NCBI GenBank assembly: GCA_036172245.1
Contig: JAYWIR010000005.1
Coordinates: forward strand, 3,596,001 to 3,660,000
DNA length: 64,000 bases
DNA from: Raillietiella orientalis
Lineage: Eukaryota
Reading direction: 5' to 3'
Shown here: positions 8,985-22,199 of the stretch, one piece after another
How the letters are laid out: every line of letters starts with the position of its first letter
How positions within the stretch are numbered: position 1 is the stretch's first letter
Notes under the pieces: model-generated
Told to the model about the DNA's origin: nothing
What the model saw: the letters and a program-made list of their open reading frames with translations, nothing else
Databases searched by the model: none
Made by a program: the position numbers and the translations under genes

Positions 8985-11898
8985 CGAAAGAGACACATGA
9001 GCATTAGATTCTTGAAAGCTCATCGAAAAGGAAAGATCTGCACTCTGAGGTCCATGTGGAACAGAATCTCAGACGTCATCGTTTTTTTTTTTTTTTGGTT
9101 GGGCTACAGGAATTTCCTGTCACAAAGTTGGAAACCGTTTGAAACTATACACAAAGATGAGAGGTTCTTCAACTCTCCTCTGCACAACGGAATTTTTCAG
9201 GTTGCAGGGAGATTCCAACAGTGAAGATGGTACAAGGTAGGAAAAAAGGGAAATCCAGGGTGCAAAAACATATTTTGAAGAAGAAAGGTGTTTTTCGTGT
9301 TAAGCTAGGGCACGTGGAGTGCTCGCACTGTGGTGTTAGAAAGCTTGGACAAGTCGCAGCAGCAACAACTAGCTGTTGAGAAGTTGAAGAAAGAGAGAAG
9401 CCAGGCCGAGAAAGAAAAAGAACTGATCTGCATAGAGAGTTACGAGAACTCCCAGTCAGGGATGAACTCGGAAAAGTGACTTCGTACACTTCAGAAATAA
9501 AACACCTCTAGAGAAAAATGTGAAAACTTTGAAAACGCGTATATTGTTTCTGACTAGCTGTGGGGTACCACAGTTATTCGGACTGGGAATGTTGGTTACA
9601 GGAAAAACCACTAAGAGGTGTGGGACTTTCTCTGTACCAATGGTGGTACATAGGGCTCATCATTCCACCCACGGAAGAGTGGATGGCCGAAGAGGTAACT
9701 TCAAACTCACGAAGAAAGAACTGCAGTACTAGATAGATCCTGGGCCTTACGGTACAATTCCTAAGTGGAAAATAAGATGCCTTTCTTGACTCAATAAAAA
9801 TTAATTCTTACCCCGATTCACAACAGGACACAGCTCTGCCGGTGCTCATAGGTTCCGAGTGCGAAAATTCCTCAACAAACGTCAGTCGCTAAAGACTTGA
9901 AGAACTGTTGAAAATGCTTACCTTGAAAATCCAACCCGCCTTTTTTAATGGCACCACCTACGCCTCTGTAACATGAAGGACACAGAGAAGCTCACGTGAA
10001 GCGTATTACCCCACAAAAACAACATCCCAAAGAGATGCAATTTGCGTTCCTTGGTCTCAGATGCACCTTTCCTGGCTCCCCTCCTCTCCTTTCTGGCTAA
10101 CACCAAGACTAGGTTTCATCGTGCCCCGCTTTGCGATGAAACCTGCAAAGCGCTGCCACGAAACCATCCCGTTTCCATACACGCGCACGACTAAGGAATG
10201 AACACGGTGATCAATCAAGAAAATGGCACGAAACGACGATTTTTCTCGCCTCAGACAAAACTCAAGCGGAACCCTTCAGTCCTCCATTCTTTACTTACAT
10301 ATCTGACGGATGTAAGTAACCAAGATCATCATCTTGGTTACTTACATCGCACCAGACCTCGTTCTTGCATTCCAGACGGACATTCTCGCTCTCGCACTGC
10401 AAGAATTGCGCACTTTCCAGTCCAAGTTCACTCGCTGCTCCGAATGGCATCCCAAGCAAACGTGCTAGCCAGATCACTCTTCGCGTCGCGGATCGAAGAG
10501 CGTTTCCATCGAAACAAGTACTGGAAGTTTGCGAAATAAAGAAGGCAGACATGTCCCGGTCCTAAAGGGAGATAAACAGATCTCAGAGCAGAGGATGCAG
10601 TGGAAGGCGAGGAACAAACGATCAGAGAAGATGCACCGCTGAGGACGTTCCACGTCCTTCGCTTGCGTTCAACTACAGTGCGCGGGGAAGAACTCTTGCA
10701 TAGCGCTGGGGACATGACTCCTCCCAACTGGGAACTTCCAAAGGCAACAGAGAAATAGGAACGCCATCGAAACGTTCTCCACCCTTGTCCTCTTGGTCAA
10801 CACGAGTTTGCTTTTGCGAAAGAAAGCCATGGGGATGCTTCGAATTTTTGCAGCAAGGGAACCAGACCTCCGTCAAGCGGGAGGAAACAAGGAAGCCCCT
10901 GAATCCGCACGGAGGAGAATGCACAGAAGAAGTTTCAAGGACAGCCGCCTGCTCACTTCTGCGAATCACAAGCAGCGATCCTTCACTTCTCCCTGTTGAT
11001 TTAGAGATCTCATTCGGGCACAAGCTTGACTCCGCGGGCATTCGAAGTGAGGTTTCAGAAGCCCGCGCAAGCGGAGGGAAAAGCACTTCGTCGCCGCAGG
11101 CCGTCAGACAGGCGTGTCGTCGGAGCAGGACCGAACGACGGCTGGCTTGCGTAGCAGCGGATCAGCTGAAAATCCTCCCTGACTTGGGTCGGCCCGGACT
11201 TTATGCATGCCTTCAGTTTTATCTGATTCGGAAGCCTTGGTTTCGCTTGAACGTCATACTAAGGGAAGGAACGGATGAACCACCTTCCCCGATGCAAGCT
11301 CCTGAAAGTCAGCATCCGCTCTGTTTCCTGGTCTTCTGCAGCGATTTTTTTTTTTTTTTGCGTACGATTGCAGCCTGCACGCGTTGCCGAGCATTGTACA
11401 GTTGCAGTGCGCATGTGCAATACCAGCTGCTTCCGTACTCACTGCCAGTCATGGAGAGTTCAGACATCGCTTATTCGAAATATCCATGAGCAAAGCAAAA
11501 GCCGCAAGGAACGGAAATCAGAATGTGAAACAGAGAAAATTTTCAAACAAAAGGGGTTGCTTTTGACCATGTGCATATCTGGAATCGTACCCAGGAATGG
11601 GGACTGCTCGGAGGAATAAGAATTGCGCATTACCAAATCCATAACGGCCAAAAGTGGCCACATTACACTCTAAAGATCATCGAGGACACATACTCTTTAT
11701 TCATCCGAATAGCACACTATAATGCTCGTGTTTATTGACACAACAAGATAAGGAATAGCAGCAAGGCCGCACAGTTTTGTGGAAAGAAAGAATAAAGCAT
11801 TATTAGAATCATTTTGTGGAATTACCCGTCATGTATTCATATAATGGAGACTCCGCTCACATTTCTAAAAAAACACCTTTGAATGACAGAACATTGCA

Positions 11899-12881
11899 TC
11901 ACGTGGTTCCGTAAGGAACACATTTGTAGTTTTTGCAGACACCCTCATAGCAATCCCAATCTCTTATGCACTGGACGCGAGGCTTCACTCTTTTCTCCGC
12001 TGCAGCATTTCCATATTCTGAATCCTGGGGTATCTGCGCAGAGCCATCACGCTTATTCCTACAAGAAAACATTTTAAAGAAATTGCTAAAGATTTACTAA
12101 TAGTCACTATAGATTTCTTGAAAATCGAGGAGAGCATGAAAGATAACACGTCAGCGATGTCAGCGTTATTTCCAAAAATAAACACTGCTTTCGTAAGACA
12201 ACAGTCACTAAAATAGCAAAGACACTACCCCTAAGAAGATATGTGCGCCAATAAATTCTCTGTCTCGTGTGCACACTGGAGTTTCCTAGTCCAGGTGTGC
12301 TGATCGCCTTAAATGGAAGGGTTTCCAGAACAACAGCTCCTTCATGAGGAGAGTATTCGGCAAACCAGCAGGAGAAATCCGCTTTGAGTAGCTCACCTAT
12401 GACTACGTTTCCATTTAACGTCGCTTTCATCGGGATCGTATTGGCAGCTGACGCGCTTCGTGGTCAGGACTGAAAGTGCAGCAAATCACTCACTCGCTTG
12501 TGGCTCGCCTTCGCGCCAAGGTTCACGAACTAGGGTCGCGTCGCACTCGATCCCCACGGCAACAGGTCACAAATTTGCGTGCTCCCGACGAATGCTGGAT
12601 GGGGCATTTCCGGATCGACTAGGAATTCCCTATTTCTTTTCCGCACATGCCGCCGTTTCCAGCACTCAGAAAGACGCAACGGATGCTGCCCCGACGGAAG
12701 TTCCTTCGAGCACCTTCGGAAAAACTTCCCGCTGATACACAAAAGTGTTGCTTCTTCAAGGCGGAAAATGAGGTCAAGCAAGCGCACACCGCACGGTCAC
12801 CCTTCACTCCGATTGCCCCTACTTACTGCAGTTCAGAACGAACATTCCCAGCAGAAGCGCACAAACATTGCGTTGCAACAT
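11899..12881 (-). CDS. Secreted cysteine-rich prepro-peptide, copy 2 (95 aa); exons 12881-12827, 12469-12397, 12058-11899
   Basis: Same intron phases (1, 2) as copy 1. Product MLQRNVCALLLGMFVLNCILTTKRVSCQYDPDESDVKWKRSHRNKRDGSAQIPQDSEYGNAAAEKRVKPRVQCIRDWDCYEGVCKNYKCVPYGTT*. Confidence 0.85.
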
Positions 12882-14750
12882 TCTGGTATCCACGATCTTC
12901 TCACGACGCGATGGTAACGAAAGCTAAGGAAGGAAAACTGCAGTTACAGAGTGCTGCGGGAACGTTTACCAAGCACGCGCGTACTTACGGTCCACGGATG
13001 CTTTACCACGGATCTGGCAACGGAGCTGAGGAGACGCCGACGTGGAATCGAGGAAATTCTGCGATGACCAGCACTCTTTCCTGTGATGCAGCAATATTGC
13101 AGGAATGATGTGCGCATTGACCCAGAGGCCTTTAAATCCAGCTGCTCGCCATCCCGGAAGAGTTTCGAATTCCGCTGGATCTTCACGCTTGATGTTTTCG
13201 AGTCCCGTGCACATTTCTCTCCTCGCATCCGCCGACCAGCGTGCCTAAAGGATTCTCGTGCGTGCGTCCCAGTCCGTCCAGAGCCCACTTGAACCCAAGG
13301 TCAAAGCAGTAGTTCACGCAGCATCCGCAGTGCACTGGATTAATTTCGTGTTACTCGCAAAGAAGCTGCGTTAGATGTATAAGGTTCTAAGGCATGCCCC
13401 GCTGCATTTGTTCTGAGCAGCCGCAGAGATAAACTATCAGAATGCAATGTCATGTTACGTGAATAGAGGTTACTTTGATCTGGGATGATATTTTAGAAGA
13501 GCTACGGAAGAACTGAGTTGAATATACGAGAAACCATTATGCATGGACCTTAGGACACTCCACATCCAACAAGCTGCTTCTTGAGTCTAGTGAAAAATTA
13601 ATCCAATGTTTACTAGGCGTTCATCCTGCTTCTCCTTTCCATGACTATCCTGTATCCTTGGGAACTACACAGTGCACTGCGGATGCTGCGTGAACTACCG
13701 CTTTGACCTTGTGTTCAAGTGAGCTCTGGACGGACTGGGATGCACGCACGAGAATCCTTTAGGCACGCTGGCCGGCGGATGCGAGGAGAGAAATGTGCAC
13801 GGAACTCGAAAACATCAAGCGTGAAGATCCAGCGGAATTCGAAACTCTTCCGGGATGGCGAGCAGCTGGATTTAAAGGCCTCTGGGCCAATGCGCACATC
13901 ATTCCTGCAATATTGCTACATCACAGGAAAGAGTGCTGGTCATCGCAGAATTTCCTCGATTCCACGTCGGTGTCTCCTCAGCTCCGTTGCCAGATCCGTG
14001 GTAAAGCATCCGTGGACCGTGAGTACGCGCGTACTTGGTGGGCGTTCCCGCAGCACTCTGTAACTGCAGTTTTCCTTCCTTAGCTTTCGTAAACATCGCG
14101 TCGTGAGAAGATCGTGGATACCAGAATGTTGCAACGCAATGTTTGTGCGCTTCTGCTGGGAATGTTCGTTCTGAACTGCAGTAAGTAGGGGCAATCGGAG
14201 TGAAGGGTGACCGTGCGGTGTGCGCTTGCTTGACCTCATTTTCCGCCTTGAAGAAGCAACACTTTTGTGTATCAGCGGGAAGTTTTTCCGAAGGTGCTCG
14301 AAGGAACTTCCGTCGGGGCAGCATCCGTTGCGTCTTTCTGAGTGCTGGAAACGGCGGCATGTGCGGAAAAGGAATAGGAAATTCCTAGTCGATGCGGAAA
14401 TGCCCCATCCAGCATTCGTCGGGAGCACGCAAATTTGTGACCTGTTGCCGTGGGGATCGAGTGCGACGCGACCCTAGTTCGTGAACCTTGGCGCGAAGGC
14501 GAGCCACAAGCGAGTGAGTGATTTGCTGCACTTTCAGTCCTGACCACGAAGCGCGTCAGCTGCCAATACGATCCCGATGAAAGCGACATTGAATGGAAAC
14601 TTAGTCATAGGTGAGGTGCGCCAAGCGGATTTCTCCTGCTGGTTTGCCGAATATTCTTCTCATGAAGGAGCTGTTGTTCTGGAAACCCTTCCATTTAAGG
14701 CGAGCAGCACACTTGGACGGGTAAACTCCAGTGTGCACTCGAGATAGAGA
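12257..14750. repeat. Long inverted repeat (arms ~12257-13337 and ~13670-14750, spacer ~330 bp) carrying peptide copies 2 and 3 head-to-head
   Basis: GCATCCGCAGTGCACTG (13321-13337) is the reverse complement of CAGTGCACTGCGGATGC (13670-13686), and the ORFs are mirrored on the two strands. Confidence 0.93.
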
Positions 14751-15101
14751 AACACAGATGTTGGCGCACAGATCTTAGGAATAGGGACTTTGCTTTTCTG
14801 AAAGCTTTTCTGTCCTGAAGGCTGTGCTTTGTCATGAGGGTTTGGTACGCCATCGTCAGCTTGTGAGGTTTCACGTTCTCGTTGGGCTTTCTTGGAATCC
14901 GTGTTCTTGATTGGTGAATTGCATATTATCTCATTGGAACCGTTCTTTTATAGAAGTAATCGTAATGGACCGATGTATGAGCTCCCAAGGAAGCAGAATG
15001 TGGAGATGAACACTCCAAAAGAAAAGGTGTTTTACATCCCTTGTTCGAAAAATTCCGAATGCGCTACTCAAATATGTTACCTCAATAAATGCGTAACCTG
15101 A
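14126..15101 (+). CDS. Secreted cysteine-rich prepro-peptide, copy 3 (91 aa); exons 14126-14180, 14538-14610, 14954-15101
   Basis: Product MLQRNVCALLLGMFVLNCILTTKRVSCQYDPDESDIEWKLSHRSNRNGPMYELPRKQNVEMNTPKEKVFYIPCSKNSECATQICYLNKCVT*. AATAAA at 15111-15116. Confidence 0.85.
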
Positions 15102-15788
15102 GGTCCTATGAATAAACTGCCTCGCTTTGGAAGATTCTCGTTTTGCTCATTTTGAGGAATGGAAATTTGTACCAGTAGATCTGGGGTTTTCCAAATAAAT
15201 GCCAGAAACCCCAAAGTGCCTTTCTGATAATTTAGGCTGATTTTTCTTTGTTCCAGGTAATTCTTATGTGAGGTCTTCGGCCCACATGTAAAGCTTCATA
15301 GCCAATGCAGGAATCATCGGGTGAATTCCAGCCTGGAATTACCTTCTTCTCCGCACGGGCTTGCGGGGTTTTTTGGTGGCAACCTGTGACCTCATTTCCT
15401 CTTTTCTTTGCTTGTGAATGCTGCATTTTCTCAGATCGTCCGGTGCCCCGTTACTCGAATTGTCTCGACCTCCTGCATAAATCTGAAGGAAAATGCGCCC
15501 GGCACTCGTAGTCCAAGGATTGTGGTGCCGGAGGCACGCAGATGCCTGCGAAGGCACCCCCTCGTCAAGACACCGGCTTCCCGTTTGCGGCTGTTGTGCT
15601 TCCTTATCCCGTCGCAAGCGAATGCGCTACATCCATCTTGGCTGCTGTCCCTCACATTGCCCAGTCGTGGGGCAGCTGGCTGCGATGCACAGAAGACACT
15701 GAAGTCTCATCTACCGGAGGAAACAGGCAGCTCAGCCAGTAGGCTTGGTGACTAAGCTCCGAGTAGGCCGCCGTGGTCGCATCCGTTT

Positions 15789-18700
15789 TGTTCCACAAGA
15801 TTCCCGTATGGAATCGAGTGTTTGCCCTGTTCTTAGGCAATCGGATGCCATCCCCGGGGATTCGGGGAAGGGGTCCGTAACGAAAGGGCGTATTTATATG
15901 CCCGTCGTTACGCGAGGACCCCTAATGTCCGTCGCCTGGCAGAGTACCGAGCAGGGGCCGAACGTCAAGCCTGGCAATCCGGGTCGGCCAGCTTGCTGGA
16001 CGATCAGGGCCGGGAGCACTCGGCCCCGGCTAGGATGCGGCACCTCGTGCGGTGTTATTATTCCTCCCTTTATGCCAGGGCGCCCCCGGACCAAGATGCC
16101 TCTCGGCGCTTGCTTCCGGATGGTGCCCCGGTAATAGGGGAGGAGGAGAAGGAAAGCCTCGACGAGCCTTTTACCACCGGCGAAATTCTCGCCAGTATCA
16201 AAAGGTTCAAGAAGCGGAAAGCACCAGGGGAGGACGGCCTGCCCGAGGAGTTTTTTCAAGGCTTCGCGGCAGAGTTGGCACCCCTGGTGCTTCAGTTGAC
16301 AAGGCTGATCCGAGACGCAGGTGATGTTCCCGCCTCGTTTCGGTCAGCCAGAGTGAGGCTCCTCCCGGAAGAAGGTGACCTCAGGAAACTCAGCAACTGG
16401 CGTTTGATCACAATTGTGAATACGGACGCCAAGCTGATCGCCGGACTGTGGGCTTCGCGTCTGGGGCAGGTGGCCAATTCCGTAATTCGCCCGGAGCAGA
16501 CTTACGCTGTTCCCGGGCGAAGTATGGAGGCCAACCTCTTCTTCGCGAGCACATGGTTTCATGTGCAGAGTAGTGAAGAAAAGGAAGAGGGAATGATTGG
16601 CAGCCCCGCTTTGGGGGCGTCAGCAGGGCAGGGACAGGACTCCCAGGTGGAGAAGGGGACCCTAGCCATCGCAGTCGATCTGCATAAAGCGTTCGACTGC
16701 GTGGACCAGGATCTCCTGCTGGAGCTCCTGGGACGCATGGGCTTCCCTCCCTTCCTACTGACATATTTGCGCTCTTGCTGGCGCAGCGCGCTAATTAATA
16801 TCTCTTTCAGAGGTCAAATGGCGTACGGCGTGCCGGTACGGCGGGGCATACGGCAGGGCGACAGCCTCAGTCCCCTGCTCTTTAGCACCTACTTTGAGTT
16901 GGTGCTGAGAGCGTACAGGGTGACTTTGGCCCCTTGCCGAGCTCGTGCCCTCGCACGCCCGCCGTAGCAGCGTATACCGACGATCTTCTGCTCCTGTTGC
17001 CGATGTCCACCCCGGCGAAGGCGGTCGGGGATTTCTTCGATCTGCTTAGCCGCGGGATTGGACTGCAGGTTAACAGGACGAGTAGTCGGTCGGTGGTGCC
17101 AGTTGGTACGGCGTGGGCTGGGCAGCAGGACTGGGTCCGTTTGGGGATCCCCACGGCGAGGTGCTTGAAGTACCTTGGTGTGCCGTTGGGGGACTATTCC
17201 CTTTCGGATGCGTGGTTCGGCTGCCTCCAAAAAGTGGAAACGGCGATCGGCCCGTTCCTGGAAGACAAGTTTCTCCTTCCGGAACGGGCCGCGGTGTGGA
17301 ACGTTCGCGGCTCCCATCCTCCGCCCCCTGCTTTTTGTTTGCCCGTCCCCCGGGAGTTAAAGAAACGGACGAAGGACCTCCTGAGAATTGCCCTTTGGGT
17401 AAGAGGGAGGCCCCGAGTCCCGTTGAAGGACTTGTGTGCTCCACGTCGGGATGGCAGTCTCGGTCTCTTGACGTTGGAGCGAGTAGAGATACAGCTGCGA
17501 TGGTGCACCCTGGCCATCGCAGCGATGTTATGGAGCACCCCATGATGCGTTTAGGCCCGACTCCTTGCCAGCCGTGTATCCTTGACGGAGGGTCTCGCGT
17601 CTTATCTTCTGTGCCGTGGCTCGAAGATCAAGAGATGCGGACTTCTCCTGGGACGCATGGCAACTCTGGCTAAGGAAAACGGCTGGATGGTATGCAGCCC
17701 CGCCAACTCCTCCGCATGGCTGGAGGAGACAGCTGGCACGTGGGCGAAGATCAATGAGAAGAATGAAGAGATGTGGAACTGCCTGCGACGCGGCGCCTAT
17801 TTCCGCTGCACTCTGCGGAAGATACTCCAGTGTCCCGCGGGAAGCACGTGGGCAGAGACAACCCCCCTAGCTACGGCGATGCCTTTCTTGAGGAGGGCGC
17901 TCTCCAGCAGCCGCAAGCCTAGGTGGCAAGTCTCCTGCTGTATCGCAGGCAAGGAGAAGCTGATGAGCGGCTGGTCCATGAGGGAACTGGCAGACGCCAC
18001 GACCCGAAGTGTCCTTTCGCGAGGATTAGTGAAATGGGGCGAGCTGCTCGGCATCCAGCCGGATGACCTGAAGTGGCCCCCGGTATTCATTGGTTCGAGG
18101 ATCCTCCCCCTGAAGTGGCAGGAGTCGGCGCTTCTGTTGTTGCATTGGGGCCTGCCCTGCAACGCACGTCGCCACCACTGGACCAGGGGTCGAGTGAATC
18201 CCGACTGCATCAGGTGTGGGGAGCGGGAATCCCTCCCCCACCTTCTTGTTGATTGTGCTGCCCTCCGACCCCTGTGGGAACGTCTTCGTGTCTCCCTACG
18301 GATCCAGGAGGGCAGCCAGCCCAGAGACGTTTTTCGGCTTCTGTTCGTGCAGGATGCCCTGCGACCATTTGCTGCCCTGGATGCACTTTGCTGCGTCCGT
18401 GGGATCGTGACGTGCTGGAGCGACGTGAGAAGACCGAGCCACGACAGGGATGCCGTCGAACTTGCAGTCCGCTACCTGCGGATTGCGACCAGATGGCCCC
18501 ACCTGGGAATTATACTGACGGACCTCGAGGGCATCCTGCAAAGGATGGACCCTCCTCCCAGTGGTCAGTGATCCCTCCCCAACCCTCCAAAATCTTATGT
18601 TTATGTTTTTATTAATTTTATGTTTTATTTTTCTGTTTGTTTTTTCCCCCACCCCCTTCCGCTGCCGAGGAGAGTCGCGCCGGTTTGCGTACCGGCAACC

Positions 18701-18790
18701 CGGCAGGTCCTGTTGAGTTGGCCGTAGTGGGGCCTCGTACCACGAATTGTAGATAATTTCTAATAAACTCCCCGGCGTGACCGGGTGGCA
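15789..18790 (+). mobile_element. 5'-truncated, frameshifted non-LTR retrotransposon (element C): RT, zinc finger and 3' UTR
   Basis: ORFs 15993..16967, 16934..17545 and 17582..18571 together match element A (KAPGEDG, GIRQGDSLSP, AYTDD, CIRCGERESLPHLLVDC). Terminus AATAAACTCCCCGGCGTGACCGGGTGGCA at 18762-18790. Confidence 0.92.
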
Positions 18791-20259
18791 ACGATCGGAT
18801 GCCATTTGAATTGGACTGTCGTTTTTTTCTTTTGGAAACCTTGGGAAGTGCAATGTGGGGAAGGCTCCTTGTGTTAGACTTGCAACGTTTTGTTTGTGTT
18901 TCTCACAAACTGGGGATCGCATGCCTACTGTCCTATTCTTCATTTGGGACTGGGAGAAGCGAATCACATTTTAGGATAGGGCAATCCGCCTTTCTTCGTT
19001 ACCTACGTAACTTTCAGTAGAGAGAAGGAGGGCGAAGGCTCCGGTACCCAAAAAAAATTTCCGTCATCAAGAGTGCTCACGGCGAAAGCCATCATAAAGT
19101 GTCGCTTATACACCGCAGCCTTGCTTCAGAGAAAGGAGGCGAGCCACGCGCAGGCGCCACATTGTTTTTAAATGTAACCGCGCTTTCCCTCTTCTTTCTT
19201 ACTGGCGCCCGCAACTATGCGTTTTCTGGAGCTTGGGTTTTACGCTCTCGTTGCAGCCGTTATGTTGCTCCCTTCTTGTTTCAGATCTCCACGGCGGCGG
19301 ACTAAATTTGCGTGCGATAGACAGCGGCCGCCGAGAGCCGCAGACGCTGGCTGATGGCGGACGGCGAGCAGCGCAGCTCGTGCACTTTTCAGACTCGGTC
19401 CAACGCACCCGTGGTCGGACCAGGAGCCCAAACTGCGCACGGAATTGTCGAAAATGAAGCTCGTGTGAATGGGCACATGTAGACGCAGGGAAGTGCACGC
19501 TGGCGGTCTGGCGCTGGAGAATTGACAGTGAGATACCCTCTCACAGGAGTCGGAAGGCTCGGGGAGAATGATACTACCCATGAAGGAATCATCGACAGCG
19601 GCGGCGGAAGCTTGGAACTACCATCTTGAAAACCGTGTACAAGAGTTGTCAGCATTCGGAATTAGTAAACTCTTCTGCTGGTCGTTTTCAAGAGGGCAGC
19701 AATATTTAAAGGAGAGCAAGAAAGGGGCGTCAGGAGATACGCAGACGGAGGAAACATGGACCGGCTTAACGGTGAGGAATAAGATGACAGGTTCAGGAAG
19801 TAAGCAACTCCACAAGTGTGAGCGGACCGCATCCTATCTCAAAAGTTTTTTGTCGTGGATCGCTCAACTCGGGAATCAGCTGCAATGAGTGCGTGGGCAC
19901 CTCCTGCAAATGCTTGAGGTAGGTATTTCTCAGAGACTCCGTAACCGCGCGTCTTTTGGCATCTTCCTGTAGGTTGTTGATGTCGCACGCTCATCCGCGG
20001 ATCGAACGCACAGAGGCTTAATCCTTTCATTCTGCCTGCCAAGGAATCGGTCTTCCCGCTTTCCCAATTATCGTTCGGGCTCATGAGGAGTAGCCAAAGT
20101 TTCATCTTTCAGAGAATCGGGAAAGCTGACTTCAAAATGCTTTCTTTAGCTTCTATCGGAGAGGCTCATCTTCCCCAACGTTTCCCCACTGCAAACCGCT
20201 CCGTCCCTGCGAGAGTCGAGAGGTATCTCGCCGGGAGACTGCACACCATTTCCTCGCGC

Positions 20260-21060
20260 CGTCTCATCTCATCTTGGAGTCCAGCGACGCTTTTTGGAGC
20301 CACAGGGACCAAGGATCACCTTTTTTGCGGTGCTGCTTCTCTTTGCAAGAATCAGCTCTGAACATATTGTGCCAAAAGAGAGCGGTTATAATGGTCACCT
20401 TATTGGCCTCCCAACTGCTTTCTTCTCTGGTCGTCATCTGAACTACCGGGGTCTGTGCAATCATTGCGTTTGTCCCCGTTCCCTTCTCGGACGGTAGTGT
20501 TTCCGGAGGGCTTTCGACTACCGAGTTACCAAGCGTTTTGCCTGAAGCGGACGCACTTTCCTCAAATCTTTCGATCCGAGGGATGCATTTGTGGCTGTCG
20601 ATGGAATCCTCAGCTTGTGGAACTTTCTGCTTGCAAAAATTTTTCTTGTCTCCGTCTGTTTTCCGGGGAGGAATCGTTTCTGTCCGCGTTTTTCCATTGG
20701 GAAAGCCTGGCATGTGACCTGCACGTGTCCGCTCTGACTACAGCAATTGTACCTGATGTTCAAGCAATCCTCTTTCAGGTGTCCCGTGGCCTTCCAAAGC
20801 CCACAGACTTTGGGGATCAGACTCTTGCCACATATCGGCGCTTTCGTTGTCCACGCGTACTTCGCGATGAAGCGCCGGATCATTTGTCACTCGTGTGAGC
20901 TTTGCATTGGGCGCACTCGACGCTTTGCAAAAGCAGCGCCCGGATATCCTGATCCACCTTTTTGCGAGCCGTTTCGTGGTTGACAAGCAGGAAATTACCA
21001 GGCCAACAGGACACCGCACCGTCCTACAGGACTCTAGGTTGCCTTCTCTCTGTATCGCCA
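20260..21060 (-). pseudogene. Decayed ORF1 (zinc knuckles) of the same retroelement group
   Basis: KVCGLWKATGHLKEDCLNIRYNCCSQSGHVQVTC compares with RYCGYCDAVGHLRKRCPNIECHLCGVKGHVRRVC in element B. Confidence 0.7.
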
Positions 21061-21299
21061 CCCGTACTCACAGCTCCATTGCTTTTACTATCATGTTTCT
21101 AGTATGAGGTGGAAGAGCTGCTTCTTTCTCATACTACTTCGCGCTTGCACTTGGGAGACCTTGCCTTACCTGGGTGTTTTTCGTTAATCCTCACACTCTA
21201 CAAACTTTAATTGGCGCATAACCATCGAGACTGGGCCATTCCAACCGTCTCTCGCCTGCAACTGAACGCAGCGGTAGGGTAAACACGGATGTCAGTCCT

Positions 21300-21830
21300 T
21301 CGGTGCTTTTGCGGGATGACCACAGTCGTAGTTCTTCCTCTCTCATATTTACTTACCGGCAGACTAGCGCGAAGAGCTCCTCAGTCGAAGCACCGAAACT
21401 GGAAGTGGACAGCACGACAAGAGAGAACGTCGTCTGCGTAGGCTTTCAAGAACGGCGTGCAAACGCAGAAGCCCCGAAGCTGGCCAGCATCAGTATGTTC
21501 ATCTTCATCACCACTTCGAAGATTGGGAAGCGCACAGGACAAAAGCTGTCGCCTTATCTGATGCCCTGTATGGCCACCGGAACGCCGTAGAGGTAACTGT
21601 CGCGCAAAGAGATACAAATTATCAAGTTGCATCAGCAGGAGCTTTAGTAGAAGAGCACTTGAGAACCAGGCACTTCAGGAGATCCAAGTGATCATAGTTG
21701 GCATAACTAACGTATTTGTGCAGGTCGACTGTGACCACCAATGCACCAGACGTTTCCAGCCTTTTCTGTATCTCCAGCGTTGAGAAGCGCTGCTCTACGG
21801 CCGTCTCGCGCAAGACGCGATTCATTAGAT
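21300..21830 (-). pseudogene. Decayed RT core fragment
   Basis: GALVVTVDLHK and KAYADDVL in broken frames. Confidence 0.72.
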
Positions 21831-22199
21831 TTGCATCCTGTAACACCGAAGCGTTTATTTAACAAAAATTAAATAAACTTACGTAATAAACTCAGTAATG
21901 ATAATCCACGTGGAATTTACCTTTTTGGTGTTTGCTTATCGTTGATTTGATTATTTAAGAGTAATTAATTTTCTTAATAAGGAGTAATTAAAAGTTTTCA
22001 TCAAGATGCAGCACGAAAAGGAATATTAGTAGATACGTATCAGCTACGATATTTCAAGTTTGGATGTATACATGTAATTTAATATTGAAATAGGATTTAA
22101 TTGTAAATTTATTTGAGAAAGGTAGATTGAATGTAATAATCGTTGAATACAAATCGTCCAAGATGCGAAAGCAACCGTCGAGACGGAGATTTCTCTATA

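Larger units (their letters stand above)
6025..11548 (+). repeat. Direct segmental duplication of ~5.5 kb; partner ~38962-44492
   Basis: The ORF track is duplicated almost residue for residue (e.g. 10785..11489 vs 43728..44432). A few SNPs and one extra TA unit separate the copies, and they diverge after ...CAAACA at ~11549 and ~44492. Confidence 0.95.

Noticed and set aside
9220..9490. Possible further ORF1 relic (VECSHCGVR)
   Set aside because: Plausible but very short and broken, so not called as a feature.
93..18571. Bacterial RT system (retron, DGR, group II intron) or a CRISPR array explaining the variable peptides
   Set aside because: The RTs are eukaryotic non-LTR type with APE and gag-like ORF1 and are decayed. 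I saw no template/variable repeat pair with adenine-specific changes and no repeat-spacer array, and the peptide genes retain introns.
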